From Penicillus capitatus (taxonomy: Eukaryota > Plantae > Chlorophyta), in NCBI GenBank assembly GCA_965649825.1, contig OZ287695.1, forward strand, positions 1,283,081 through 1,347,080: DNA of 64,000 bases, given 5' to 3'. Of this stretch, positions 39,597 through 51,609 are shown piece by piece. Below the pieces are notes generated by a model, which saw nothing but the letters and a program-made list of their open reading frames with translations, did no database searches and was not told where the DNA came from. How positions within the stretch are numbered: the first letter of the stretch is position 1; every line of letters begins with the position of its first letter. Both the position numbers and the translations under genes were made by a program.

Positions 39597-41693
39597 CTAG
39601 TAGTAAGAATACGAATCTTCTACAGAGCCAATCCAGTGAGATTCAGCCATTTGACGCAGAGCATCATCAACGTCATTGAAGGGAGAAACAGGAAGGGAGA
39701 CTGCATCCTCTTCATCGTCTTCCTCCTCCTCTTCTTCGTCATCGTAGTCCTCTTCGTCCTCATTGCCATCAGAATCAAATTCTGTTTCCAAGTCGTCCAC
39801 TATGAAGACAGCATCCCTTATGCGACTGTTCCAGTCCACATCCTCTTCATCCTCTTCATCTGAGAGCTGAAAGCAGCTTCTGTAAGTTTGGGGGGTAGGT
39901 GGCGGTTGAGAATTTTCTACGCGACGGGACCAGCCAGGTTGCAAGGATAATCGCTCGATATCATTCATGGCAGCTTCAATCTGAGAGGAGATGTCATACA
40001 ATCTCTCAAACCCAGCAAAACTTGCAGCGGCAGATTCATTGCTTTCATGTTGCGCTGCAGCAGCAGCAGTTGATAGTGGAGAAGTGGGAACCTCGTCGCG
40101 GAACCTAAATGAGTTGACTCGGCCGCCTGGATTCGGCACTGCAGTGCTTGAGGTGAAACTGGAGTCGCGATCACTGACAATGTCCGATGATGCTGTTCCA
40201 AAATCATCTTCATCAAATTCTGGGGTCTCTGTCAGTTCAACAGTAGCCCTTTCACCAGCTGAAACGCTTTCTAAGTCGCCCAGCTCTTGATTTAATCTGT
40301 ATGGATGCGAATTTCTGTCTCGATTGTAAGCTTCGAAACGGAACACTCCACGTCGTCGATGCAGTGGGACTTGATCCACTCTCTGTACTCTTTGCACGCT
40401 TACATACTCCACATCATTCTGAAGATCTCCATGACTGGCACTTCTGTTCATCGAAGTCGCAATGCCAAACCCGTGTCCACCGCGACTTCTCGAAACTCTT
40501 CTACTTTCTCCAGTCAATGTCTGAATCCATGGAATCTCAGAAGAATTTGGCGTTTCTTGCATGTTGTTGTTGTCTTCACGATGGTTTCTTGTTTCATTTC
40601 TTGTGTATCTGTTGGATGATGTGGATGCATTGAGAGAAGTACTTGATACTAATGCAGCACGATGGTTATCGATCAGATGCGACCGTAACTCTACGAAGCC
40701 ATAAGGATGGTGTCTAGTCCTGGAAGCTGGATACAGTTCTGGACCTGGTGATAATCTTGAAGAAAAGGAGCCACCAACGGAATCATCCGAAGGACGAGCA
40801 CGGCTCAAGGATGAAGCGACAGAGGACTCCCTCACTGCTTCGACCGGCACAGCTGCAATGCCATCACGATCTGCAACCAACCACACACAGCGACGCCATC
40901 ACACCAAGAGTAGGCCATCGATGCAGATGCATGCCTTGAACCGTTGCGCTCATTCTTCGCCGTCGGCGATTGCTCTGGGCTTCCCACCCAGCATTCATTC
41001 TTATGTGCGAGTTCGGGTAACTTTCTCGTGAAGCTCTAGCAATGGCAGATGTGTCATACCAGTGAGCATGCGTGGTGGGCTCAAAGACAGACCTGTCCGT
41101 TTCCATTCTTCTTAACAGTTCTGCCTCTGCGGTGAGGAGTTGACGTAATTGTCTGTCCGTTGCCCGACGGATGGGTGAAGGGGTCGGAGGTGAAGCCGGA
41201 GCTTCATTTGTTTTGGGAAACAGCATTCGGATCGTGTTCCACAGAACCGTGTTCACATTCAAACAAAATCCTACAGTCACATCATCCATCCATCCTTCGA
41301 TCGATCTGCTCTTCCTCTCTCACCAGGGGCAAGTATGCTTCTGCATTTCGGACATTTCGGACTGTACCTCAACGCATCTCTTAAACATCGACGACAGAAG
41401 CTGTGTCCTACAACGCCACAGCCAGATCGCTGTTGGATCGTGTACGATGTGTGATGTGACGGGACCGCAGGGAGTAGAACAGGGCCTGATGCAAATCTCC
41501 AGACAGATTGAACAGGTAAGTTCATCTTTTAACTGTTTGAGGTCCACTCCAGCCCTGAACGCACGTCAAACATGTCAGTGTCATGGCGGCGGGTAATCCA
41601 TCCGGACTCGTTTGGCTCCGATGACAGACGTGGCGACGTAGAGGCCGGTTGCGGCGACGGAGCGCCACTCTTGGTGTTGACGCGTTTGGCCAT
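39597..41693 (-). CDS. C3HC4 RING E3 ligase with long disordered acidic C-terminus; multi-exon
   Basis: ELTCSICLEICIRPCSTPCG|HSFCRRCL...CPKCR followed by LNVNTVLWNTIRMLFP, then a >400-aa S/R/E/D-rich tail. Confidence 0.85.
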
Positions 41694-41969
41694 TCTTGAA
41701 CGTTGCTCAAACGAAAAACAGCAGCGACGAACGCTGTCTTGGCAGATTTCTAGGCGAAGCGACAACGACGACGGCGACGACTGTCAAACGCACGTGCACG
41801 TCACGCACTCTGACGTGATTCCTTGGTCTCGAAGCGCAAATTAAAGGCCTCTGGAAAGAAATGACTTCCTGTCCGTCTTAACGTCGCACGTACGTCTCTC
41901 AATCCGCGGGCATGGACTGGTGGATGTTTGTTGTACGACAAAAACGGTTTATCGCTGCTTCCATCGCCC

Positions 41970-44930
41970 ATGCAGCAAAGCCACCCACCGACGCGGCAAG
42001 ACTGCCAGCATTCCGTCTCAACCACCAAGGAGAGAGAGGAGACGCTCGATCCCACGACCCATGGGACAAAAGAGGCGCCGCAGTACAATGGCCCGCGAGC
42101 GCACGAATTCGCGTTTGCGCTCGATCCATTTCAGGAACTTGCGATCGCCTGTGTCGAACGACGCGAGTCGGTATTAGTGGCGGCGCATACATCAGCTGGC
42201 AAAACCGTCGTGGCAGAGTACGCATGTGCCGCCGCCCTTCGCGATAAGCAGAAGGTCGTCTACACGTCACCCATCAAGGCATTGAGCAATCAGAAGTATC
42301 GAGAGTTCGATGCGAGGTTCCGTGATCGAGGAGAGGGATGTGTGGGACTCATGACCGGTGATGTGACCATTCATCCACACGCTCCCATCATCGTTATGAC
42401 GACGGAGATTCTGCGAAGCATGTTGTACCGTGCGTCAGACATGTTGGCCGATATCGCCTGGGTCATTTTCGATGAGGTGCATTACATGCAAGACAGAGAA
42501 CGCGGTGTGGTGTGGGAAGAGACCATCATCATCCTCCCACACGAGATTCGGATGATCTTTCTCTCGGCGACGTTGCCAAACGCCAACGAATTTGCCGATT
42601 GGATCGCACATTTGCATCATCAGCCATGTCATGTGGTGTACACGGAGTACAGACCGACGCCTTTGAAACACTACGGTTATGCACAAGGTGGCGATCTAAT
42701 GTTGACATTGGTGGACAGCAAGACAGGCGCTTTCAAACCGGAAGCCTTTGATGATTTGATGGCAAAACTGAAGGAATCCAAAGATCAGATGCGCCGATCG
42801 CATGGCATTGAGGAGGATGAGAACGGGAGGTGGAAGAAGACAGCGGAGTCAAATCTGCCAACCCCTTCGAAATTCGATGACCTACGGAAGCTCGTCAACC
42901 TGTTCAAAACCAACGATTTTCTGCCTGTCATTGTCTTCTGCTTCGGAAAGCGTTCAGCAGAGCAGAATGCCACGTCGATTGTGGAGGTGATGGATCTGAC
43001 GACAGATGATGAGAAAGAACAGGTGGATTTCATTTTCGAGAAAGCCATCTGCAATCTTTCAGACGCAGACAGATCTCTTCCTGTGATAGAGAACGTCCGG
43101 GGCATCGTACGCCAAGGCGTCGGAATTCATCACTCTGGAATGTTGCCTCTGTTGAAGGAGATCACAGAGATTCTCTTTCAAGAATCGCTCGTCAAAGTCC
43201 TCTGCGCGACAGAGACGTTTGCCATGGGACTTAACATGCCAGCACGGACTGTGCTCTTCACGAGTACAAAGAAATTTGACGGAGTGCAGAACAGAACTAT
43301 GTCGTCTGGAGAGTACATCCAAATGAGCGGCCGAGCCGGAAGACGGGGGAAAGATAAGAAAGGCTTCGTTGTGGTCATGCTCGATGAATATGCCAACAAG
43401 GATGAATGCAAAGAGCTCATGATGGGAAAGCCATATCCACTGAAGAGTTCTTTTCGATTGAGCTACTATACACTCCTCAATCTCCTGCAGAAAGTGGAAG
43501 GTCTGAAAAGAGAGGGTCAAGGAAGACATGTGCGTGACTTCTGCTTGTTTCTAGGCACACAGCAATCTATTGACGATATCATTCGCAAGTCTTTCAATCA
43601 GTTTCAGCACGACCGTTCCATTCCTCATTTGCAGGAGAAGCTCAATGTGCTCGAGAAGAAGGCGGCGGAGCTCACCGTGGACAAGGCCGTTCTGAAAAGG
43701 CTGCGTCGAGCAAAAGAGCTGCGAAAAGAGATGAATGTGTTGAGGAAGGATCTCAACAGTCAAAAGCTTCAGCATGTGCATTCGTTGCTTCTGTGGACAC
43801 CGGGGAGATTGATTCAGGTGAAGGATTGGGGCGTCGGAATTGTCATGGGGCCGCTTTCTCCAGCATTCTCCGATCCCTATTTTCTCGATGTTGCCCTTCC
43901 CTGCATCGAAACACCAAATCTGGAAAAGCCCTATCAGCCAGCAGATGTCCGCACAACATTCTCCTGCTTTCTCGGCATCTTTCCAGTCTTCCTGAATCAA
44001 GTGGAAGAGGTGTTTCGGATCTCCATCGATGTCCCACTCGATTTGACAAAAGACGCCGAAAAGACGGCGCTACTCGAACAGTTCAGGGGTCTCATGAAGG
44101 GATTCGATGGACAGCTGCCTGTCGCGAGATGGATCGAAGATATCGACGTGGACGATGCATCCATCCTGACGAAAATTGAAAACATGGAGCAGCTCGAGCA
44201 GGAGCTGTACGAGATATCATCATCTTCGGACGTCGAGATGACAGACGATATGGGACCGCAAGTCGAAGAGAAGATTGCAGTGATGATGCAGATCGAGCAA
44301 TTGAAGAAGGATATGGAGAATACAATGATGGCATCATTTCAGGAAGAGTACAAAGCACGTGTCGCCGTTCTCAGAAAACTGGGTCACATCAATACCGACG
44401 GCGTGCTGACGTTGAAAGGAAAAGCTGCTTGCGAAATCGATGCAGGGGATGAGTTAGTGTGTGCAGAATTGCTGTTCGATGGGACACTCAAGAAGCTAGA
44501 CAGAAGCTACATGATTTCTTTCCTCAGTTGCCTGGTGCCCTTCACCGATCACGTCGAAGAGAGCGGCGCTGAACAAGAGAATCTACAGGAGCCTTTTGAA
44601 AACCTCAAGACCATTGCCAGACGTGTTGGCGATGTCTCTGTGGAGTGCAAGGTAGAGATCGATGTGGAAGAGTACGTGGAGTCTTTTCATCTCTGCTTTG
44701 TCGATGTCATGCATGCGTGGGAAACGGGATCCGCTTTCATCGATGTCTGCAAGATGTCTGAAATCTACGAAGGTGTCATCATCCGTTCCGCACGGCGTCT
44801 TGCCGAACTTATTCAACAAATGTCCTCGGCAGCGCGTGTGATGGGAGACATGGAATTGGTTCAGCAGCTGGAAGAAAGCAACGTAACACTGAAACGAGAC
44901 ATTATGTTTGCTGCGTCATTGTATGTCTAA
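41970..44930 (+). CDS. MTR4: MTR4/Ski2-family DExH RNA helicase (MTR4/HEN2-like)
   Basis: LDPFQ, AHTSAGKT, YTSPIKALSNQKY, GLMTGD, IFDEVHYM, FLSATLPNA, YTEYRPTPL, GIHHSGMLP, ATETFAMGLNMPARTV, YIQMSGRAGRRG, arch region, C-terminal RDIMFAASLYV. One probable 54-nt in-frame intron at 43501-43554. Confidence 0.93.
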   Translation: MQQSHPPTRQDCQHSVSTTKEREETLDPTTHGTKEAPQYNGPRAHEFAFALDPFQELAIACVERRESVLVAAHTSAGKTVVAEYACAAALRDKQKVVYTSPIKALSNQKYREFDARFRDRGEGCVGLMTGDVTIHPHAPIIVMTTEILRSMLYRASDMLADIAWVIFDEVHYMQDRERGVVWEETIIILPHEIRMIFLSATLPNANEFADWIAHLHHQPCHVVYTEYRPTPLKHYGYAQGGDLMLTLVDSKTGAFKPEAFDDLMAKLKESKDQMRRSHGIEEDENGRWKKTAESNLPTPSKFDDLRKLVNLFKTNDFLPVIVFCFGKRSAEQNATSIVEVMDLTTDDEKEQVDFIFEKAICNLSDADRSLPVIENVRGIVRQGVGIHHSGMLPLLKEITEILFQESLVKVLCATETFAMGLNMPARTVLFTSTKKFDGVQNRTMSSGEYIQMSGRAGRRGKDKKGFVVVMLDEYANKDECKELMMGKPYPLKSSFRLSYYTLLNLLQKVEGLKREGQGRHVRDFCLFLGTQQSIDDIIRKSFNQFQHDRSIPHLQEKLNVLEKKAAELTVDKAVLKRLRRAKELRKEMNVLRKDLNSQKLQHVHSLLLWTPGRLIQVKDWGVGIVMGPLSPAFSDPYFLDVALPCIETPNLEKPYQPADVRTTFSCFLGIFPVFLNQVEEVFRISIDVPLDLTKDAEKTALLEQFRGLMKGFDGQLPVARWIEDIDVDDASILTKIENMEQLEQELYEISSSSDVEMTDDMGPQVEEKIAVMMQIEQLKKDMENTMMASFQEEYKARVAVLRKLGHINTDGVLTLKGKAACEIDAGDELVCAELLFDGTLKKLDRSYMISFLSCLVPFTDHVEESGAEQENLQEPFENLKTIARRVGDVSVECKVEIDVEEYVESFHLCFVDVMHAWETGSAFIDVCKMSEIYEGVIIRSARRLAELIQQMSSAARVMGDMELVQQLEESNVTLKRDIMFAASLYV

Positions 44931-45164
44931 ATGAACAGCCATCCACATCCATCTTGAACCTAGAATGCCAATAATCCGCAAATGAATGCACCGCTTTGTT
45001 CAAAAATGCGTAATGAATGTGCAACGGACGCCCAGTCGCGAGAACAATGCATTCTGTTCAATGAATTCTCGAAATCTATTAATCGCGCAGCTGCTCTACG
45101 TCTCAGGTCTTCTGATCGATGGATTGAACCTACAAGAGAACTGGTGGAAGGTTTATGGCGATGA

Positions 45165-46262
45165 TCAAAATGCCTGTTCTCTAAGATGGCGATTCTCTTT
45201 AGCAAGTTCATAATTCTCTTGTTTTTCATCATCTAATGCGTCGTTCAGGAGCTTCAGATGGTCTTCCAAATTGGCGATTTCGCGTTCTAAAGACACCACT
45301 TTATCACTCATCTGCATATCCACATGTCTTCCTTCCAACACAGATTTACTGGAATCCTAAATCCCAACCAAAGCCATGTATGTTTAGGATATCTGAGACA
45401 TGGGAGGTACATGAATAGATGTCAGACGTCGTTGGCTCGTTAACTGGGCTTCCGTCTGAGACATGGACTGGACTTTGGATCTCTGTCCTTTGCTCTTCAG
45501 GAGCATCGTTCGGAGAATCTCTGCAACCTGAGCCTTGAATGCAAGCTCATTCTCTACACGTTCCATCTCTTTCTGAATTCTTTCCCGACTCAGATGTGCA
45601 GCGATTCTCTCTCCTGATGAGCTCATTGTTTCTTGGGCGTTTTGTAATGTCCCGTACAGATCGTTGCGTTGCTTTATGAGATCCTGCAGTTCAGAGACGA
45701 GACCTTCCCTTCGAGTAGCATTCTCTGCATGAAGCTTCTGCAGTTCATCTTTTAAGGACATCACTTCAACGGTGAGATCCTAACCGTCGCACAAATTGCA
45801 TCACATGCCACATGCCACACTAAGGGCATAGTACTTACGATTTTAGACTCTTGTTTCTTAGGCGTCTTCTGTGCTTCGGCTAACAAATCCTTTTCGGACT
45901 GTGATTGCCATGTCTGGCTCGTCCACCCACTTGGCGAACGAACGCACAACAATCCTCCTAGGCTCCTAGACGGAAACGCTTCGTCGTCTGGTTTTAGACA
46001 TGTTTTCTAGGAACTCGTGCGAGGAGCACTCGACGGTGATAGGACTTGTCTGCTGTTCCCATTCGGCAACCCAATCTTTTCGTGCTTGGTGTCGCGGACG
46101 GCTCCGATTTTTTTCGGCATCCGGCTTCGGCGACAACGACGCCTTGGGACGTCGTCTTTTATCGTCAGCGACGTCAACATCAAGGCGGGGCCGGAAAGTG
46201 GCTGGCGGGGTCGAACTCTTTTGACTGCGGCTCTGTCGGAGAGACCTGCCTCGGTCCTTCAT
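45165..46262 (-). CDS. Uncharacterised coiled-coil protein; multi-exon, ends approximate
   Basis: Basic disordered N-terminus (MKDRGRSLRQ...), strong intron gtaagt...ttag before DLTVEVMSLKDELQKLHAEN, heptad segments to ...ENYELAKENRHLREQAF. Confidence 0.55.
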
Positions 46263-46736
46263 CCTCCGCTCACAGTCACTGTCGTTCGTCTTCGATAAAA
46301 CCATCAAGATAAGACGTTTGCGACACAAGTACGTCTCGCCATAGCAACATTCAAAACCCGATGCGTTCAGGAAACGTCGACGTTCATCCAAACAAGCATT
46401 GCCAAAAGAATGACCCTTCGCGTCACCGAAAATGAATCGCTGTAGAAAAGCAGAACACAGTGGAGGGTTTGGTAAGGACGAAAGAACCAAATCGATGATG
46501 ACGTGTTGTCTGTCTCTGGTGCTCTTCACCAAAGATGTCACTCTTATAGTGGTCATACCGCCTTCGAGCTGCATTGTTGGTCGTCGTTTTTTTAAAAAGG
46601 GATCATCTGGCGAACGGGGGTCGTTTTAGTAAGAAACCGGACAAAAGGGGAAAACGTTCGATAAGTTCACAAGGGTAAGCATGTGCCAGAAGCCTTAGGG
46701 GTTGTCCCTGTTCACGTGATGAAACGATCCAGCTGA

Positions 46737-47090
46737 ATGTGTTTCGCATTTCATCGTGATGGAATCAACTGGAGATTTCTGATGGACATTCTAGTCATTC
46801 GATGCAGTGTATTGTTCATCGATATGCTGACATCTAGATGACCGAGGATAGCTGAAGCGAGAAAACGAAATCTGATTGAGGAAGACGACGCTGAAAGCTC
46901 CATTGTGTTAAAAGAGCACGGTGACATTGACATTGGTGCAACGGCGTCGGATGTCGTTTCATATTCAGCGAACACCGAACGGCCGATGGGCAGTCCTCCG
47001 TCAGAGATGTCCCGTCAGGATTTTTCTGCACCTTCCCACAAGAGATCGGATTCATGCGAAGACCACCGCGATGAAAGAGAATCCACATAA
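46737..47090 (+). CDS. Possible small spliced ORF, uncharacterised
   Basis: An upstream intron with gtaagc donor (~46675-46732) and a 45-nt intron could give MCFAFHRD...IRCT|EARKRNLIEEDDAESSIV...REST. TGTAA at 47318. No family recognised. Confidence 0.25.
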
Positions 47091-47480
47091 TGCTGATCTG
47101 TACTTCGTCGATGAGTGTGTGCATTCATTAAGTTTTTTTGCAATAGATAAGGTCCGTTTTTGTCAAACGCATCGTTTGGTGCAGCATATCACTGATGTGC
47201 ACCTTGCCATCATACCGTACTGATCACACACGTCTCATCCCGCATATGATCTTAGTGACCGTTAAAGGCGTTAAAGCGAGACCTTGTGTATGTTCGCAAT
47301 GGAGAATGCGCAGAGAGTGTAAAGAGATGACAATCGGAAAAGAGTAGGAGGTGAAGAGCCATGATGGCAGCTGTCACATCAGGACGTTGAACAGGACAGA
47401 CCAAAAATATACAGACTCTTGACAGACCGGCATCGTTCGGATTTTTCCATCGACACGTCCCGATCGTCCACTGCCTAGAT

Positions 47481-48434
47481 ATGTCAACCATCTCCACCTT
47501 CTCGCGTCTGTCTTCTCATCTTCCCAAAAACGCATCGAGAGAAACCACGTTCTTCGGGAACAGCCTGCTCTTACCAGCGTCGCATCGAAGTGCGACATAC
47601 AGACCACTGCGCTCGCTAAACAATGCACACAGCATCTTCGCGAGCGCCGTCGAAGAATCGGAAAATCCAGAAAGCATTTCCGACAAAGCATAACACCGCC
47701 TGCACCAAAAGGGGCTATGGTTGTAAAATTCCTTTCTCTGTAGGCATGGTCGGATCGTGTCTACGTGCATGAGATCATGACACCCTCTCCCATCAGCGTC
47801 ACTCCCGACACTCCCATCTTCACGGCGATTGAAATCCTCAGCGATCACGACATCTCTGGCCTTCCTGTCGTCGGTGCGCATGGACAGTATTTTTGGAATG
47901 GCTCGTTCTATACGTTAGATCTGTATGGCAGAGAAGACGGGAGAAGTGGTCGGTGTCGTGTCTGCCTACGATATCTTAGCATTGGATTCGACGCCTGGGC
48001 AGTTGGACAGATCGGACGGGTTCTTTCCGAGGCTCGGCAAATGCGATGCCGATTTTGGAGGCGACGTGAAAGCCATGTGGCGTTCGTTCTTCAGTCTGCG
48101 AAACGGCATCATGAAGGCAGAAGCGTCGAAAGCGAGTCCCCTGTCGTTCCCTGCTGATCGGATGCTAAGCGACTGCGACATAGGTGGGGGACAGCATGCA
48201 CGATACCTACTGTGTCTCGAAGATGGATTCGCTATCAGCCGTCGCTGATGTCATGGTGCGACAGAACACACAACGCACGTTCGTTTTGAACGAAGAAGGA
48301 CAACTTTGCGGTGTCGTTTCAAGAGGAGACATTCTCAGAATCACCATGAAGAAGTACAGGTATCATCTCCATTCGGGCGACAGGCGCGTCCCTGTTTCGC
48401 GTTTTCTAGAGAGATTCGAAAAGAAGAGGACTGA
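47481..48434 (+). CDS. CBSX: Chloroplast CBS-pair protein (CBSX1/CBSX2-like); four introns, two probably GC-AG
   Basis: Transit peptide, VHEIMTPSPISVTPDTPIFTAIEIL...ISGLPVV, VGVVSAYDILALDS, VGDSM..., GQLCGVVSRGDILR. Confidence 0.82.
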
Positions 48435-48478
48435 TGCCATGGTGCCAATCCTTTCTTCTTTGTTTGCATTGCGGTGGG

Positions 48479-48709
48479 CTATTGGTCAGCTCCCGGCTGT
48501 AAAGTTCCTTGGGGCGATTGTTTCGACTCGAGAAATCGGATCATGAATGGAATCGGCGCGTCGGGTCGCGCGATCAGCAGTTCCGTCAACATCTCTTGCA
48601 ATACGCTCTGCACGTCGACGCCATGTACATAGTCTTGAAGCTCTTGATAGAGTGGCGTCTGTGGACCGTCGGCGAAACGCGGACGCGATCGATCGTAGAC
48701 GTGCGCCAT
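48479..48709 (-). CDS. Small protein with an RIIa/Dpy-30-type dimerisation-docking motif (76 aa)
   Basis: ELQDYVHGVDVQSVLQEMLTELLIARPDAPIPFMIRFL fits the D/D pattern (YxxxxxVxxxLxxxLxxLLxxRPxxPxxFxxxFL). Confidence 0.65.
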   Translation of the reverse strand: MAHVYDRSRPRFADGPQTPLYQELQDYVHGVDVQSVLQEMLTELLIARPDAPIPFMIRFLESKQSPQGTLQPGADQ

Positions 48710-48755
48710 CGAATCGAGAATCCTCGTTAAGGCATCATAACACATCGAAGTCCAT

Positions 48756-49570
48756 TCAACTGCGATCGATTTGCGCATCGGATGCATTGGCTACCAAAGG
48801 TAAACGCGCTGTCTGGCCGGCAATGCACGAAACCTAAAGACATGTATGGCACTAGATCGGGCGCCTCATATCGAGCTGATGGTGCTCACGATGCCAATCG
48901 CTGTGCAACAGAAGACGTAGAGCCACGTCACATTATAAATAGGCACGCGCAATTCTGACGACAGTTTGAGCACCTGGACCGTGAGATTCGGAAATCTACA
49001 TCCACAGAATATGTCCGATCGCGTCACGTGCGTATCGATTGTCGCACATGAGCAGAATGTCGATCAGCAACGCTTGCATCGCATTGAAACGCACGAATCG
49101 ATTTAGACGGCGATTCCTCACCACACCAAAGAGCAAGCCAAAGAAGCACAGCAACCTAAACACGAAAGTTGTCGATACGCGCACAGCTGATGATCGATGA
49201 GCCTACGATGAAAAGGGCAGCGAGGTGAAGAGGTCGTACAGTGGAAACACTGGAGTCAGTAGTCGAGCAAAGACAGGATAGGCATCGAAGAGATATGTCC
49301 CTATCCATACCTCTCGTGCCTCAGGTGGGACGATCGATGGACGAATCTACCGTATTTGATCCCATCAAGAAGAGGCAGAAGATAAGGCGCCGATGCCAAT
49401 GCTCGGTCGGCGAGATCTACTCCTGCCCGCACAACAACAGGACTTCTTTTCTCCGGTAGCTTCTTCGGCATCACAAGGATGCCTCGCCGATGAACACCGG
49501 AGCGTCGGCGCACGACATGCGTTCGAGGGGTCTTCGCCAAAAAGTTGTTACGCCACAGCGTGGTCTGCAT
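48756..49570 (-). CDS. TIC20: Chloroplast inner-envelope Tic20/Ycf60-family protein; multi-exon
   Basis: Transit peptide, DRALASAPYLLPLLDGIKYG, VVRNRRLNRFVRFNAMQALLIDILL, C-terminal CIAGQTARLPLVANASDAQI. Confidence 0.88.
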
Positions 49571-49645
49571 CCTGTCCGTATGATCGTTGCAAATGCACAC
49601 GTTGCTCTTAATGCGCGTTCTTGCACTTTGACAGGCGCATTGTCC

Positions 49646-51499
49646 ATGATGTCGGCGTTAGAAGATGTTCCTCTGAGCGACAACGTCGTCCCGGCGCAGG
49701 CGACACACGGAGTCCCCTCTGCAAACGGGGAGACAAACAATGAGGGGTTTGAGACGGTCGCCCTGGAAGCTTGCGCTTCTCGAACGGAGGACGTCGCTGA
49801 GGGGGAAGAGGACGGAGACAATGCGAGAAAGGAGTCGTGGACAACCTATGAGCTCTCTAAAGGCGATGGAGTGACGACATCCACTGTCCCTCAGTCTCCT
49901 GCCGTTTCAGAAATCACACCCGTCGAGGAGGATACACAACCGGAGTTCCTCGACTCTGCAGGACCGGTTCAGATTTCTGTATCGAATCCCAAAAAAGCAG
50001 AGGAGATATCCAAGCTCGGTATCCGCAGCACTTTTACAAGTTACTACGTCCAAAGTGAAACGTCCCTTGCTGACTACCCATTCACGAAACGCGCTGTTTG
50101 GCGCCGTTTTAAAGACTTTGATGTGAGTACCCTGATAGGGAAAAGGGTCGGTGATGAAGTGTTTTTCATCCTAGACGCTACATCGTCTGCTAAGAGAGAA
50201 TCATCGTGGTTACATTATCCCACCATTGCCATCGAAGAACTTTTTTGAATCGAAGAGAGGGAAGGATACGTTCATCAAGGAACGACAGATCGAGCTGAAT
50301 CAGTTCCTCTGTCAAGTGGCATTGCATCCCAATCTCTACAACACCGACGAGATGAAGGTCTTTTTGGGATGTCCGGAGGAACTGTCGGCCAGTCACGAGT
50401 GGTATCGCCTCATGGAAAGCGCCAAACAACTCGCAGGTCTTCGGATACCTGTCAATGCTGGATGCGCGAACATACATTTCTGTAGAAACGACCGATCCGA
50501 CGCCAACGGATTTGGACAAGCCTGTGGAGAACATGAAACGTGATGTCACGAATATTCTGAAGAAAGTGGGAAGCACGATCAAACGTGATGTCCTGCATCG
50601 ATCCTATTCCGTTTCAGAAACGGAGAGGACACTACAAGACGTATGTCATCATCATTAAAATTGCAGCTCTCGATGTTGATAAATGACATGTAGACGGTGC
50701 CGAAGCTGAAACAATTGGAATTGCAATTGAATTCCACTGTCGAACTGACGCAGAAATTCACAAACCTGTTTGAAGGGGTTGGAAATGAACTGGGATTGCT
50801 TGGACGCATTTGGCTGACCATTGCCCGTTTTGAGGAAGGATTTATCGAGAGCACTGGACAGTACACGGATGCTGGTCGCGCTCTAATCGATGCTGTGGCT
50901 GTGCTGCACAAGTCTGGCTACGCTGCTGTCCGTGTTCAACAGATCTGCAACAAGTCCACGGCGCTTTTGAGAGGTTCTCTCGTTCCTTGTTGTCCATCCT
51001 GATGCAAAAACGTCTCTTATACAGCTCGATCGAAAGTGCTCTCTCATCACTCCAGTATTTTGCCAGCTGTATTGTTGAGCTTGCACGATCGAACGTTGGT
51101 TCTGCGTCACCTTTGCGATGCACAGAGTCGTCTTGAGTCTTCTCGAAAATCACTGGATATGCTGACAAGAGATTCGAGCAAAGTGAGATGATGATGTCTA
51201 GTGCGCCCACGAGCAAAGTGTGTGTACAGAAGTTAGGTGGAACGGCGAATTTCTCCAACAAATCTGCCGTGCTGAGTCAAGAGATTCGATCGTGTGTCGA
51301 TGAAGTCAGCAAACGCACTGAGATGTACGACGTTGTGACTCAGAGAAATCTGACAGAACTGGAACGCCAAAGACAACAACGAGAGACAGATCTGGTCGAT
51401 ATGTCTCTTTCTATTGCCAAGATGCAACAAGAGTACTACGAGACCGTCTCGTTGGTATGGGTGAACTTGGCAGAAGAGATTTCTCGAATGCTCCCGTGA
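49646..51499 (+). CDS. Sorting nexin (PX-BAR, SNX1/SNX2-like); multi-exon
   Basis: QISVSNPKK...FTSYYV...VWRRFKDFD|TLHRLL...GYIIPPLPSK...FIKERQIELNQFL...HPNL (PX), followed by helical BAR-like C-terminus ending VWVNLAEEI. Confidence 0.88.
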
Positions 51500-51609
51500 A
51501 CATCTCAGAAGAAAGAACGACAGACATTGTGCACAACGGACATTTACAATTGCTGTTGTATCGGAAACTTTCTACTGCATTACTGTAACATTGTCGTCGA
51601 TATCATCTG

